DNA of 12,933 nt from Octopus sinensis (taxonomy: Eukaryota). Made by a program: the position numbers and the translations under genes. Under the pieces are notes generated by a model that was not told the DNA's origin, ran no database searches, and saw only the letters and a list, made by a program, of their open reading frames with translations. Each line of letters begins with the position of its first letter. The first letter of the stretch is position 1. The stretch spans positions 1 to 12,933 of the forward strand of contig NW_021826198.1 in the NCBI RefSeq assembly GCF_006345805.1, in the 5' to 3' direction. Shown in pieces: positions 1 through 8,390 of the stretch.

Positions 1-6
1 ATATAT

Positions 7-40
<34 letters not shown>

Positions 41-75
41 GATATATATATATATAAATAATATATATACAATAC

Positions 76-131
<56 letters not shown>

Positions 132-140
132 CACGTATAT
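1..140. repeat. (TA)n microsatellite with a short (TACA)n interruption
   Basis: Read directly from the sequence. Confidence 0.97.
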
Positions 141-285
141 AAATAGATGTTCAAGTGACTTATTAATATCCAAAAGCCTTTACATATCTTGTGCGAGATT
201 GGTTATCCTTTACATAACAGCCTGTCTTTGGATGAGATGAGGAGAAAATTAATTGTCATCGTTTCACGAGTTAGCGAGTGAATGA

Positions 286-333
286 GTGTGTGTGTGTGTG
301 TGTGTGTGTGTGTTGTGTGTGTGTGTGTGTGTG
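286..333. repeat. (GT)n microsatellite
   Basis: About 24 GT units with one interruption, in a GAGT/GAAT-rich context. Confidence 0.97.
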
Positions 334-787
334 AAGGAGTGAGCTATCAGCCGGCGAGTGAATGAATGAGTGACAAAAGACGAGAGTTAATGAAGGTATG
401 AATGACTTGTTTATTACAAATAAAGAAAAAAACACAACGTCCAAAGTTAATAAAACAGATTTCGATTAATCCCTTAATTTTGTTTTGAAATGGATTGATT
501 AGTTGACCTCTAGAGTTGTGAGTGATTGTTCTCTTCTCTCAACAGCAGCAGGAGCAGCACTTTTGGTGTGACATGAATAATAGTAATGTTTTCATTTACA
601 TTAAAACCTGACAACAGATTTATGTCAGAGAAGATGGTGATAGGGTGTAATCGGTCAGGAAAATTCTAGAATGTGCTGATACTCAAACTTTTGGACTTGC
701 GGCGGGGAGGCGAGTTCGAACTGCAAGTCACGACTTTATATTCATATCTTGCATTATAATATGGCCGGACATCTTGTAGGTACTTAC

Positions 788-857
788 TTATCCCTCTCTG
801 TATTACTGGTACATTTTTTTTTATCAACCAAGCAACCATAGCCAGCATCAACGGAAT
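788..857 (-). other. Candidate 70-nt internal exon (unconfirmed)
   Basis: On the minus strand, acceptor ttgcgttctcctctcag|ATTCCG and donor GATAA|gtaagt. Two frames are open (SVDAGYGCLVDKKKCTSNTERD and IPLMLAMVAWLIKKNVPVIQRGI). I found no partner exon and recognise no homology. Confidence 0.25.
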
Positions 858-921
858 CTGAGAGGAGAACGCAAGCGGTCATATCTAAATACTACTATGC
901 GTGCAATCCGGCACTCCACCG

Positions 922-962
922 GTTTGGGTTCAAATTTCACTGAGGGTCACTTTTATTTTGTC
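922..962 (+). mobile_element. Small degraded fragment of SINE family A (B-box region)
   Basis: gggttcaaatttcactgagggtcactttt aligns to gagttcaaattccgccgaggtcgactttg of the family A copy at 5161-5321. Confidence 0.4.
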
Positions 963-980
963 TTTTCTTACGATATACTG

Positions 981-1191
981 TTTTCAATCTTTGCTCAAGG
1001 GCAGCAATTTTGGAGGAGGGTGTACGTCGGTTACATCAATCCCAGTGCCCAACTGGTATTTATTTTATCGACCCTGAAAGGATGTAAGGCAAAGTCAGCC
1101 TCAGCGGAATTTGAACTCAGAACGGAAAGACAGACAAAATGCCGCTGAGCATTTTGCCCGGCGTGCTAACGATTTTGCTAGCTCGCCGCTT
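981..1191 (-). mobile_element. tRNA-derived SINE family A, full length, moderately diverged
   Basis: The minus strand starts AAGCGGCGAGCTAGCAAAATCGTTAGCACGCCGGGC (A-box-like) and has the B box GAGTTCAAATTCC. The core matches the array units. The 3' tail is of the 'cctccaaaattgctgccc' type. Confidence 0.9.
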
Positions 1192-1214
1192 GGTTAAAAT
1201 TTACTCACCTTCAA

Positions 1215-1247
1215 AATTATATATAACATATATATATTATATATATA

Positions 1248-1292
<45 letters not shown>

Positions 1293-1506
1293 ATGTTTGT
1301 GTGTCTGTGTTTGTCCCCCCAACATCGCTTGACAACCGATGCCGGTGTGTTTACGTTCCCGTAACTTAGCGGTTCGGCAAAACAGCCTGATAGAATAAGT
1401 AGTAGGCTTACAAAGACTAAGTCCTGGGGTCGATTTGCTCGACTAAAGACAGTGCTCCAGCATGGCCACAGTCAAATGACTGAAACAAGTAAAAGAGCAA
1501 AAGAGA
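1215..1506 (+). mobile_element. SINE family B, 5'-truncated, beginning inside its internal (TA)n/(TG)n tract
   Basis: 1290-1500 is highly similar to 10550-10744 (tgtgtttgtcccc...ctccagcatggccacagtcaaatgactgaaacaagtaaaagag). The tRNA head is absent. (TA)n spans about 1215-1281. Confidence 0.92.
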
Positions 1507-1920
1507 ATATGTTCTTGGTCTCCAGTGTCGGTTATTTAAGTATCAAGTCCATTCTAGAATTCTGCCAACCAAGTCTACCTCCTCCACATTCTTTCATACC
1601 AGACGGAAAATGTAGCTGTAGCATTTTCCTGTCATGAATAAGAAGGGACGAAACACTCACTTTAGAAATCAGTCATCCAATATGAAAACAAAGCTAGGAG
1701 GGCCATCAACTTTCTGGTTATTAGCTTTGAATTTATTTTTCATTATTGCCACCAACGAAAGTCTCACTCAGTTACCCTATGTATGAGGGGTCAGCAGCAA
1801 ATATCATGAGTAAAAGTGTAGCCTAACCTTTGTAACGACTGTGTGTGTTGTAACTGTATGTTGTTCAAGGTTAGAGAAATAGTATAAAATCGTTTCCTAG
1901 ATATGAGTAGTAATTGTAGA

Positions 1921-2080
1921 TGGCGGTATTTTAGTAATGTCGTTAAAGTCTTCTGATAGGATGCTTGCAGTACTCGTTCCCTCACTCTGCACCTTGCTTT
2001 TAAATTCAGCCATGATTAACTTTGCCTTTCATCTTTTCGGAGTCGATAACTAAATAACCATTACAATACTGGAGTTGATT
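1921..2080 (+). mobile_element. Old diverged SINE family A copy
   Basis: aaattcagccatgattaactttgcctttcatcttttcggagtcgataactaaataacc aligns to the family A core aaattccgccgaggtcgactttgcctttcatcctttcggggtcgataaattaagtacc. The 5' boundary is uncertain. Confidence 0.7.
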
Positions 2081-2088
2081 CTTTGCCT

Positions 2089-2140
2089 GTGTCCGTCCGT
2101 CCGTCTTTCTGTCTGTCTGTCTGGCTGGTTGTCTGTCTCT
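2089..2140. repeat. (GTCC)n/(GTCT)n tetranucleotide tract
   Basis: Read directly from the sequence. Confidence 0.85.
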
Positions 2141-2409
2141 ATTCCTTTTTGTCTCATTTTCTCTGGTAGAAATAAACCGTGTTCAGACCTGGAGAGGAAT
2201 GAGGACTGCGAGTTTTAAAACTACCCAAGGCACGTCATATTACATTGGTGCTCTTGCGACCGCCAACAAACCCCAAGACGGTCTCAGCACCATAAGTAGT
2301 GCAAATGTCTTTGTTATGTTGAAAGAGGTTACATAGCCATGTCCTCATCGGCGGATGTTAACGAGGTGACTATTCACGTAAGCAGTGTAGGTTTGACATG
2401 GAATGCTCA

Positions 2410-2945
2410 GATTATATGTGCGAGAAGCTTGTATGTGGATGTTAGACGGAACAAAAAGGGCTATCGTCTGCAAAGAAGGGAGGAAACAGGAAGTACATAG
2501 CTAATGAACCGAAGGAATGGTGTGAGAAACATATATGAGCTTCAGTACAGACCGGACTATGTGTATTGTGAATCAGAGAGCGGCACGAGTCGGCGTTTTG
2601 AAAGAAACATGCCAACCCAAGAAATAAGAGATGCATGGAGCTCATAAGCTAGAGGCTTATTTAAGCATTTCTCGATGAAAAACCTATCAAATGCTTTGCT
2701 GAAGTCGCTGAATTTCTCAAGGACGAGAGAGTAATATGTGATTTATAGGAAAAAAAGTTTCTGGTAAATACATCTCTATGAAAGCTGTACTGGTGGCCAT
2801 ACAATGGGGGAAGAGAAATAGGTGTTGATGAATATGATTATAAACGAATGTTTTTGTCAAGGTATACTAAATGGGAAAACACAAGATCCATATTCTGGAT
2901 TGAATTTATCGTACAATTCTGGAGAAAGGCGACGTGGATTAAACC
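2410..2945 (+). pseudogene. Heavily decayed piggyBac-type DDD transposase relic (several frameshifts and stops)
   Basis: Manual translation gives ordered motifs across frames: SLYVD..KG (VD 2435-2440), KYIANEPKEWCEK (2491-2529), TG/YVYCE (2551-2572), FLDEK..AEVAEFLK (D at 2674), VAIQW (W at 2805), YN...GDVD (2912-2939). These parallel piggyBac LSVDE..KGR, QYIPxKPxKWG, TGYVYNF, DNxF, xxxW and YN..MGGVD. I found no TIRs. Confidence 0.55.
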
Positions 2946-3404
2946 GTTCGGCGCGATAGTGATAGAAATTTTATCGATCCAGAAATGATGAACAGAAAAG
3001 GTGACCTTTTGAGGATTTGAATTTAGATTTTATGGGGACGTAACTGAAGGCCACAACGCTACCGATACTGTCAACTATATTTGATCTTATATGAATGATT
3101 TCTAACTTATGCACGAGACCTCTAATTAAACCGACCCCAATACAAGACAGCTACTTTACAGGGTATTGGGAATTTTCATTGAAGGTAGTCGGCTAATCCG
3201 AGCCTGATGGTATTTCAACACATATTCGTGAAAGAACGAAATTAAATACTGTGAACAACTTTTTTTCGGTATTTTACATTTTCGCTGACTCGGCATAACA
3301 GTGTAACTGAGAGATGAGGAACAGGAGGTGAAGAAGTAAAACCACAAATAGAGGTGAATTTTATATCAGTGATTTTATATCAATAAGTAAGCGAAAAATA
3401 TTAG

Positions 3405-3612
3405 TTTCAAATTTTGGTACTGGGCCAGCAGTTCGTGGGAGAGGATAAGTCGATTGCGTCGACTCCAGTGTTCAAATGGCACTTATCCTATCGCCATTTG
3501 ATGAAAGGCGAAAACGACTCCGGTGGCATTTGAAATCAGAACGTTAAGACGGACAAAATACCGCTGAGCAGTTTGTCCGGCGTGGTAGCGATTCTGCCAG
3601 CTTGCTGCCTTA
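3405..3612 (-). mobile_element. SINE family A, full length, diverged
   Basis: Colinear with 981-1191 over about 200 nt. The head reads AAGGCAGCAAGCTGGCAGAATCG on the minus strand. Confidence 0.88.
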
Positions 3613-3623
3613 TCTTTGATCCT

Positions 3624-4024
3624 TCATCTTTTACTTGTTCCTTTTAATAGACTGTGACCATGCTGGGGCACCGCCTTGAAGTATTTTAGTGGAATGAATC
3701 GATTCAATGACTTTTTAAAAGCCTGATACATATTCTATCGATATCTATTGCCGAACCACTAACTTAACGAGGACGTAAACACGCCAACACCGGTTGTCAA
3801 GTGGTGGTGGAGCAAACACAGACGCAAACACACACACACACACACATATATACACGACGGGTTTCCCTTCAGTTTCCGTCTACCAAATCCACTCACAAGG
3901 CTTTGGTCGGCCCGAGGTTAGGTTATAGTAGAAGACACTTGACCAAGGTGCCACGCAGTGGGACTGAGCACAGAACCATAAGGTTGGGAAGCAAGCTTCT
4001 TACCACACGGCCACACTTGCGCCT
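3624..4024 (-). mobile_element. SINE family B, full length, diverged
   Basis: The minus strand starts AGGCGCAAGTGTGGCCGTGTGGTAAG (A-box-like). The body is the reverse complement of 10388-10744, with an internal (CA)n at about 3828-3850. Confidence 0.9.
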
Positions 4025-4120
4025 ATCTAAACGAAAAATATCAATCTATCATTTAACATGTTTCAATCTTTTACTGGAAAAAAATCTCAGAATATTTGGT
4101 AGATATATTTCACAGTATGA

Positions 4121-4365
4121 AGGAGCATGAGTTTGTGGATAGAATGTTGAACTCATGATCGCATGCTCGTGGTTTCGATTCCCGGACCGGCCGGTGTGTC
4201 GTGTTCTTCAACAAATCACCTCATTTTACATTGCACCAGTCCACCCAGCAGTAAATAAGTAACCTGCAATGAAATGGTGTTCCGTTCAGTGGGGTGTTAC
4301 TGATTTCAGTCACTTATACGCCATAGAAACCAAGTCGCTGGCTCTATGAGTCCCAGGACTCGAGG
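4121..4365 (+). mobile_element. tRNA-headed SINE family C, diverged
   Basis: B box GGTTTCGATTCCC at 4171-4183 after a degenerate tRNA-like head. The head (ggtttcgattccc.gaccgg.cg.tgtg..gtgt...cacct) is related to that of family D. Confidence 0.75.
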
Positions 4366-4399
4366 CAGTAATGTCCCAAAGGAATCACGGTTTTGTAGT

Positions 4400-5160
4400 C
4401 AAAGTCGTATGGTGATCATAGTAGCGGTAGTAGTACTGGTAGTGGAGTGGTGATGGTTGTTGTATTAATGGTGATATTAGTAACGCCGTCGCGGCTGTGA
4501 ACGGAACGCTAGTGGCGAGGTCAACACCAATGGAAAGAAAACGCAACGGAGCAATAATATAAGGAACAAACGGCAATTAAGTGACGTCATCGCTTTTAGT
4601 AATTACGACAGATTTCAGGTTCTCTGTTGATTGTGAACGGTGATGATGGTGTGGTGGTGGTGGTTGTGGTGCTGGTGGTGGTGTTGATGAAGATAATGAT
4701 GATGGTGATGATTATGATGATAATGGTGGTGGTGGTGGTGTTGGTGAAGGCGAGGATTTTTGACGTTGATATTCGATGACGACGACGACGACGACGATGA
4801 TGATGATCATCATCATGGTGGTGGTGGTGGTGGCAGTAGTGATGATTTTGGCGTTGTTATCCGATGAGTGTGATGATGCTGATGATGAGGACTGATGGTG
4901 ATGGTTATAATATTTATAGTGGTAGTGATGGCGATTGTGATGTCATTTGATGATGACGGTTTAATCCACGTCGCCTTTCTCCAGAATTCTACGATAAATT
5001 CAATCCTGAATATGGATCGAATTTGGAGTAAATGTAGTGGTAGTCATAGTAGTAGTAGTAGTAGCAGTAGTAGTAGAAAGAATAATCAATATTAGCGCGC
5101 GTTTGCTGCTACTGCTGATGACGATGACAACAACGATATTGATGATGTCGGTAGTGGTGG
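4400..5160. repeat. Degenerate trinucleotide mosaic (GTG/GAT/GAC/GTA)n
   Basis: Read directly; G/T-rich on the + strand. Confidence 0.85.
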
Positions 5161-5321
5161 TCATTAGCACGCCGGGCGAAATGCTAAGCGGTATTTCGTC
5201 TGCCGCTACGTTCTGAGTTCAAATTCCGCCGAGGTCGACTTTGCCTTTCATCCTTTCGGGGTTGTCCTTGTTTGTCCTCTCTGTGTTTAGCTCCTTGTGG
5301 GTAGTAAAGAAATAGGTATTT
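5161..5321 (+). mobile_element. SINE family A, young subfamily (same as array), slightly 5'-truncated, with a 59-nt internal deletion
   Basis: 5190-5262 is identical to the reverse complement of array units 1-6. 5263-5321 has 2 mismatches to the unit tail and ends ...aaagaaataGGTATTT. Confidence 0.95.
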
Positions 5322-5359
5322 GTAGTATTGGTAAAGTTATTGGTGTTACATATGGTCAT

Positions 5360-5746
5360 GGAAGCACTCCGTCGGTTACGACGACGAGGGTTCCGGTTGA
5401 TCCGAATCAACGGAACAGCCTGCTCGTGATATTAACGTGTAAGTGGCTGAGCACTCCACAGACACGTGTACCCATAACGTAGTTCTCGGGAATATTCAGC
5501 GTGACACAGAGAGTGACAAGGCCGGCCCTTTGAAAATACAGGTACAACAGAAACAGGAAGTAAGAGTGAGAGAAAGTTGTGGTGAAAGAGTACAGCAGGG
5601 ATCACCACCATCCCCTGCCGGAGACTCGTGGAGCTTTAGGTGTTTTCGCTCAATAAACACTCACAACGCCCGGTCTGGGAATCGAAACCGCGATCCTATG
5701 ACCGCGAGTCCGCTGCCCTAACCACTGGGCCATTGCGCCTCCAATA
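5360..5746 (-). mobile_element. Full-length young tRNA-derived SINE family D with 12-bp target-site duplication
   Basis: The minus-strand head is GGAGGCGCAATGGCCCAGTGGTTAGGGCAGCGGACTCGCGG...GGTTTCGATTCCC. A perfect direct repeat ACATATGGTCAT lies at 5348-5359 and 5747-5758. Confidence 0.93.
5677..5732 (-). promoter_or_regulatory. Internal RNA Pol III promoter (A box and B box) of SINE D
   Basis: A box TGGCCCAGTGG (5722-5732) and B box GGTTTCGATTCCC (5677-5689) with tRNA-like spacing. Confidence 0.75.
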
Positions 5747-5769
5747 ACATATGGTCATAATTCATCGTA

Positions 5770-6002
5770 GATGTTGTTGTTGTTGTGGTGTTGTAGGTAA
5801 TGTTGGAGTTAATTAAGTCATATTAGTACTGATATGCTACAAGCACTATTAATATTAGTAGCAGCATTAGTAATAGCAATACTAGCGGTGCTATAGCAAG
5901 TGTAGTGGTAGAAGTTTGTGAGGTATGGGAGGTAGTTATAATTGAAAAGCTGTTGTGTCAAGTAAGCAGAGAGTAGTAGTAGTAGTAGTTGTAGTAGTAA
6001 TT

Positions 6003-6054
<52 letters not shown>

Positions 6055-6680
6055 AAAAAGAAGAAGAAATAACCACAGCAACAACAACTGTAATAGTAAT
6101 AGTAGTAGTAACAGTAGTAGTAGAAGGAATAATCACAACCGGAACAAAAAAAGTAAGAATAGTAGTAGTGGTAGTAGTAGTAGTAGAAGTAGTAGTTGTC
6201 ATCGCCGTCGTCGTAGTTGTTGTTGTTGTAGTAGTAGCAGTGGTAGTTGTAGTAGCAGTTGTAGTAGTAGTTGTGGTAGTAGTTGTGGTAGTAGTTGTAG
6301 TAGTAGTAGTAGCAGTAGTTGTTATAGTAGTAGTTGTAATAGTAGTAGTTGTAGTAGTAGTAGTAGTTGTTGTAGTAGTAGTAGTTGTAGTAGTAGTTGT
6401 AATAGTAGTAGTAGTTGCTGTAGCAGTAGTTGTTGTAGTAGTAGGTGTAGTAGTAATTGTCATAGTAGTAGTAGTAGTGGTGGTGGTGGTAGTAACACTG
6501 GTTGTCAAGTAGCAGAGTGTGATGACGTAAGGAAAGAGCGGTGGGAGTTGTCTTGGTTGTTGTATGAAATCTGGGATTACTACCACTATTAATAGTAGTA
6601 TTAATATTAGTTTTAGTTAAAGGTTGTTGTTGTTGTGGTGGTGGTGGTGGAGGTAGTAGTGTTGGTTCTAATGGCGATAG
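5770..6680. repeat. Large (GTA/GTT/GTG)n trinucleotide tract, purest at about 5972-6495
   Basis: Read directly. It produces the spurious poly-Thr, poly-Val and poly-Leu ORFs. Confidence 0.97.
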
Positions 6681-6696
6681 TAATTCTACTAATAAT

Positions 6697-6789
6697 CCTT
6701 TCTACTAAAGGCACAAGGCTTGAAATTTTGTGCGAGGGGACTAGCCGTCATTGGTACTTGATTTATCGACACCGAAAGGATGAAAGGCA
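6697..6789 (-). mobile_element. 3' part of an older family A SINE (tail type 'aaaatttcaagccttgtgcctttagtagaaagg')
   Basis: ggtacttgatttatcgacaccgaaaggatgaaaggca matches the A core with mismatches. The tail differs from the array unit tail and is closer to the tails at 981-1020 and 3405-3445. Confidence 0.8.
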
Positions 6790-8390
6790 GACAAACGGAT
6801 TAAGTCGATAAGGTCGACCCCAGTGCGTAACTGGTACTTAATTTATCGACCCCGAAAGGATGAAAGGCAAAGTCGACCTCGGCGGAATTTGAACTCAGAA
6901 CGTAGCGGCAGACGAAATACCTATTTCTTTACTACCCACAAGGGGCTAAACACAGAGAGAACAAACAAGGACAGAGAAACGGATTAAGTCGATAAGGTCG
7001 ACCCCAGTGCGTAACTGGTACTTAATTTATCGACCCCGAAAGGATGAAAGGCAAAGTCGACCTCGGCGGAATTTGAACTCAGAACGTAGCGGCAGACGAA
7101 ATACCTATTTCTTTACTACCCACAAGGGGCTAAACACAGAGAGAACAAACAACGACAGACAAACGGATTAAGTCGATAAGGTCGACCCCAGTGCGTAACT
7201 GGTACTTAATTTATCGACCCCGAAAGGATGAAAGGCAAAGTCGACCTCGGCGGAATTTGAACTCAGAACGTAGCGGCAGACGAAATACCTATTTCTTTAC
7301 TACCCACAAGGGGCTAAACACAGAGAGAACAAACAAGACAGACAAACGGATTAAGTCGATAAGGTCGACCCCAGTGCGTAACTGGTACTTAATTTATCGA
7401 CCCCGAAAGGATGAAAGGCAAAGTCGACCTCGGCGGAATTTGAACTCAGAACGTAGCGGCAGACGAAATACCTATTTCTTTACTACCCACAAGGGGCTAA
7501 CACAGAGAGAACAAACAAGGACAGACAACGGATTAAGTCGATAAGGTCGACCCCAGTGCGTAACTGGTACTTAATTTATCGACCCCGAAAGGATGAAAGG
7601 CAAAGTCGACCTCGGCGGAATTTGAACTCAGAACGTAGCGGCAGACGAAATACCTATTTCTTTACTACCCACAAGGGGCTAAACACAGGGAGAACAAACA
7701 AGGACAGACAAACGGATTAAGTCGATAAGGTCGACCCCAGTGCGTAACTGGTACTTAATTTATCGACCCCGAAAGGATGAAAGGCAAAGTCGACCTCGGC
7801 GGAATTTGAACTCAGAACGTAGCGGCAGACGAAATACCTATTTCTTTACTACCCACAAGGGGCTAAACACAGAGAGAACAAACAAGGACAGACAAACGGA
7901 TTAAGTCGATAAGGTCGACCCCAGTGCGTAACTGGTACTTAATTTATCGACCCCGAAAGGATGAAAGGCAAAGTCGGCCTCGGCGGAATTTGAACTCAGA
8001 ACGTAGCGGCAGACGAAATACCTATTTCTTTACTACCCACAAGGGGCTAAACACAGAGAGAACAAACAAGGACAGACAAACGGATTAAGTCGATAAGGTC
8101 GACCCCAGTGCGTAACTGGTACTTAATTTATCGACCCCGAAAGGATGAAAGGCAAAGTCGGCCTCGGCGGAATTTGAACTCAGAACGTAGCGGCAGACGA
8201 AATACCTATTTCTTTACTACCCACAAGGGGCTAAACACAGAGAGAACAAACAAGGACAGACAAACGGATTAAGTCGATAAGGTCGACCCCAGTGCGTAAC
8301 TGGTACTTAATTTATCGACCCCGAAAGGATGAAAGGCAAAGTCGGCCTCGGCGGAATTTGAACTCAGAACGTAGCGGCAGACGAAATACC
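6788..8390 (-). repeat. Head-to-tail tandem array of about 8.7 units of 184 bp, each the B-box-to-3'-end part of SINE A
   Basis: The anchor 'acggattaagtc' occurs at 6795, 6979, 7163, 7346, 7528, 7712, 7896, 8080 and 8264 (spacings 184,184,183,182,184,184,184,184). Units differ by only 0-3 changes. Confidence 0.98.

Noticed and set aside
274-365. 12-bp direct repeat GCGAGTGAATGA around the (GT)n tract as a TSD
   Set aside because: The surrounding sequence is degenerate (GAGT/GAAT)n, so recurrence is expected.
666-851. 61-aa ORF as a standalone gene
   Set aside because: It is short, has no recognisable domain and runs through a GTAAGT donor. Only the 788-857 part is kept as a weak exon candidate.
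5161-5172. Shared 'tcattagc' variant between the solo copy and the array head as a diagnostic of common origin
   Set aside because: It is a CpG transition relative to the 'tcgttagc' copy at 981-1191 and can arise independently.
5665-5742. tRNA gene
   Set aside because: The A and B boxes are present, but there is no acceptor-stem pairing after the T arm. The sequence continues into a 300-nt SINE body with a TSD.
5818-6586. Mucin-like poly-Thr, poly-Val and poly-Leu ORFs
   Set aside because: They are reading frames of the (GTA/GTT)n tract. I saw no splice signals or non-repetitive coding context, and SINEs flank the tract.
7191-7544. 117-aa ORF and similar SINE-derived ORFs (897-1148, 3801-4130, 5219-5410, 5443-5721, 10402-10635)
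   Set aside because: These are translations of SINE sequence. The 7191 ORF is internally repeated and owes its length to a 1-nt deletion in one unit.
6788-8390. CRISPR array
   Set aside because: The whole 184-bp units are near-identical with no unique spacers, there are no cas genes, and the context is eukaryotic SINE sequence.
6788-8390. Hammerhead retrozyme (the unit size fits metazoan retrozymes)
   Set aside because: There is no CTGANGA core on either strand of the unit; the only CTGA reads CTGAGTT, within the B box.
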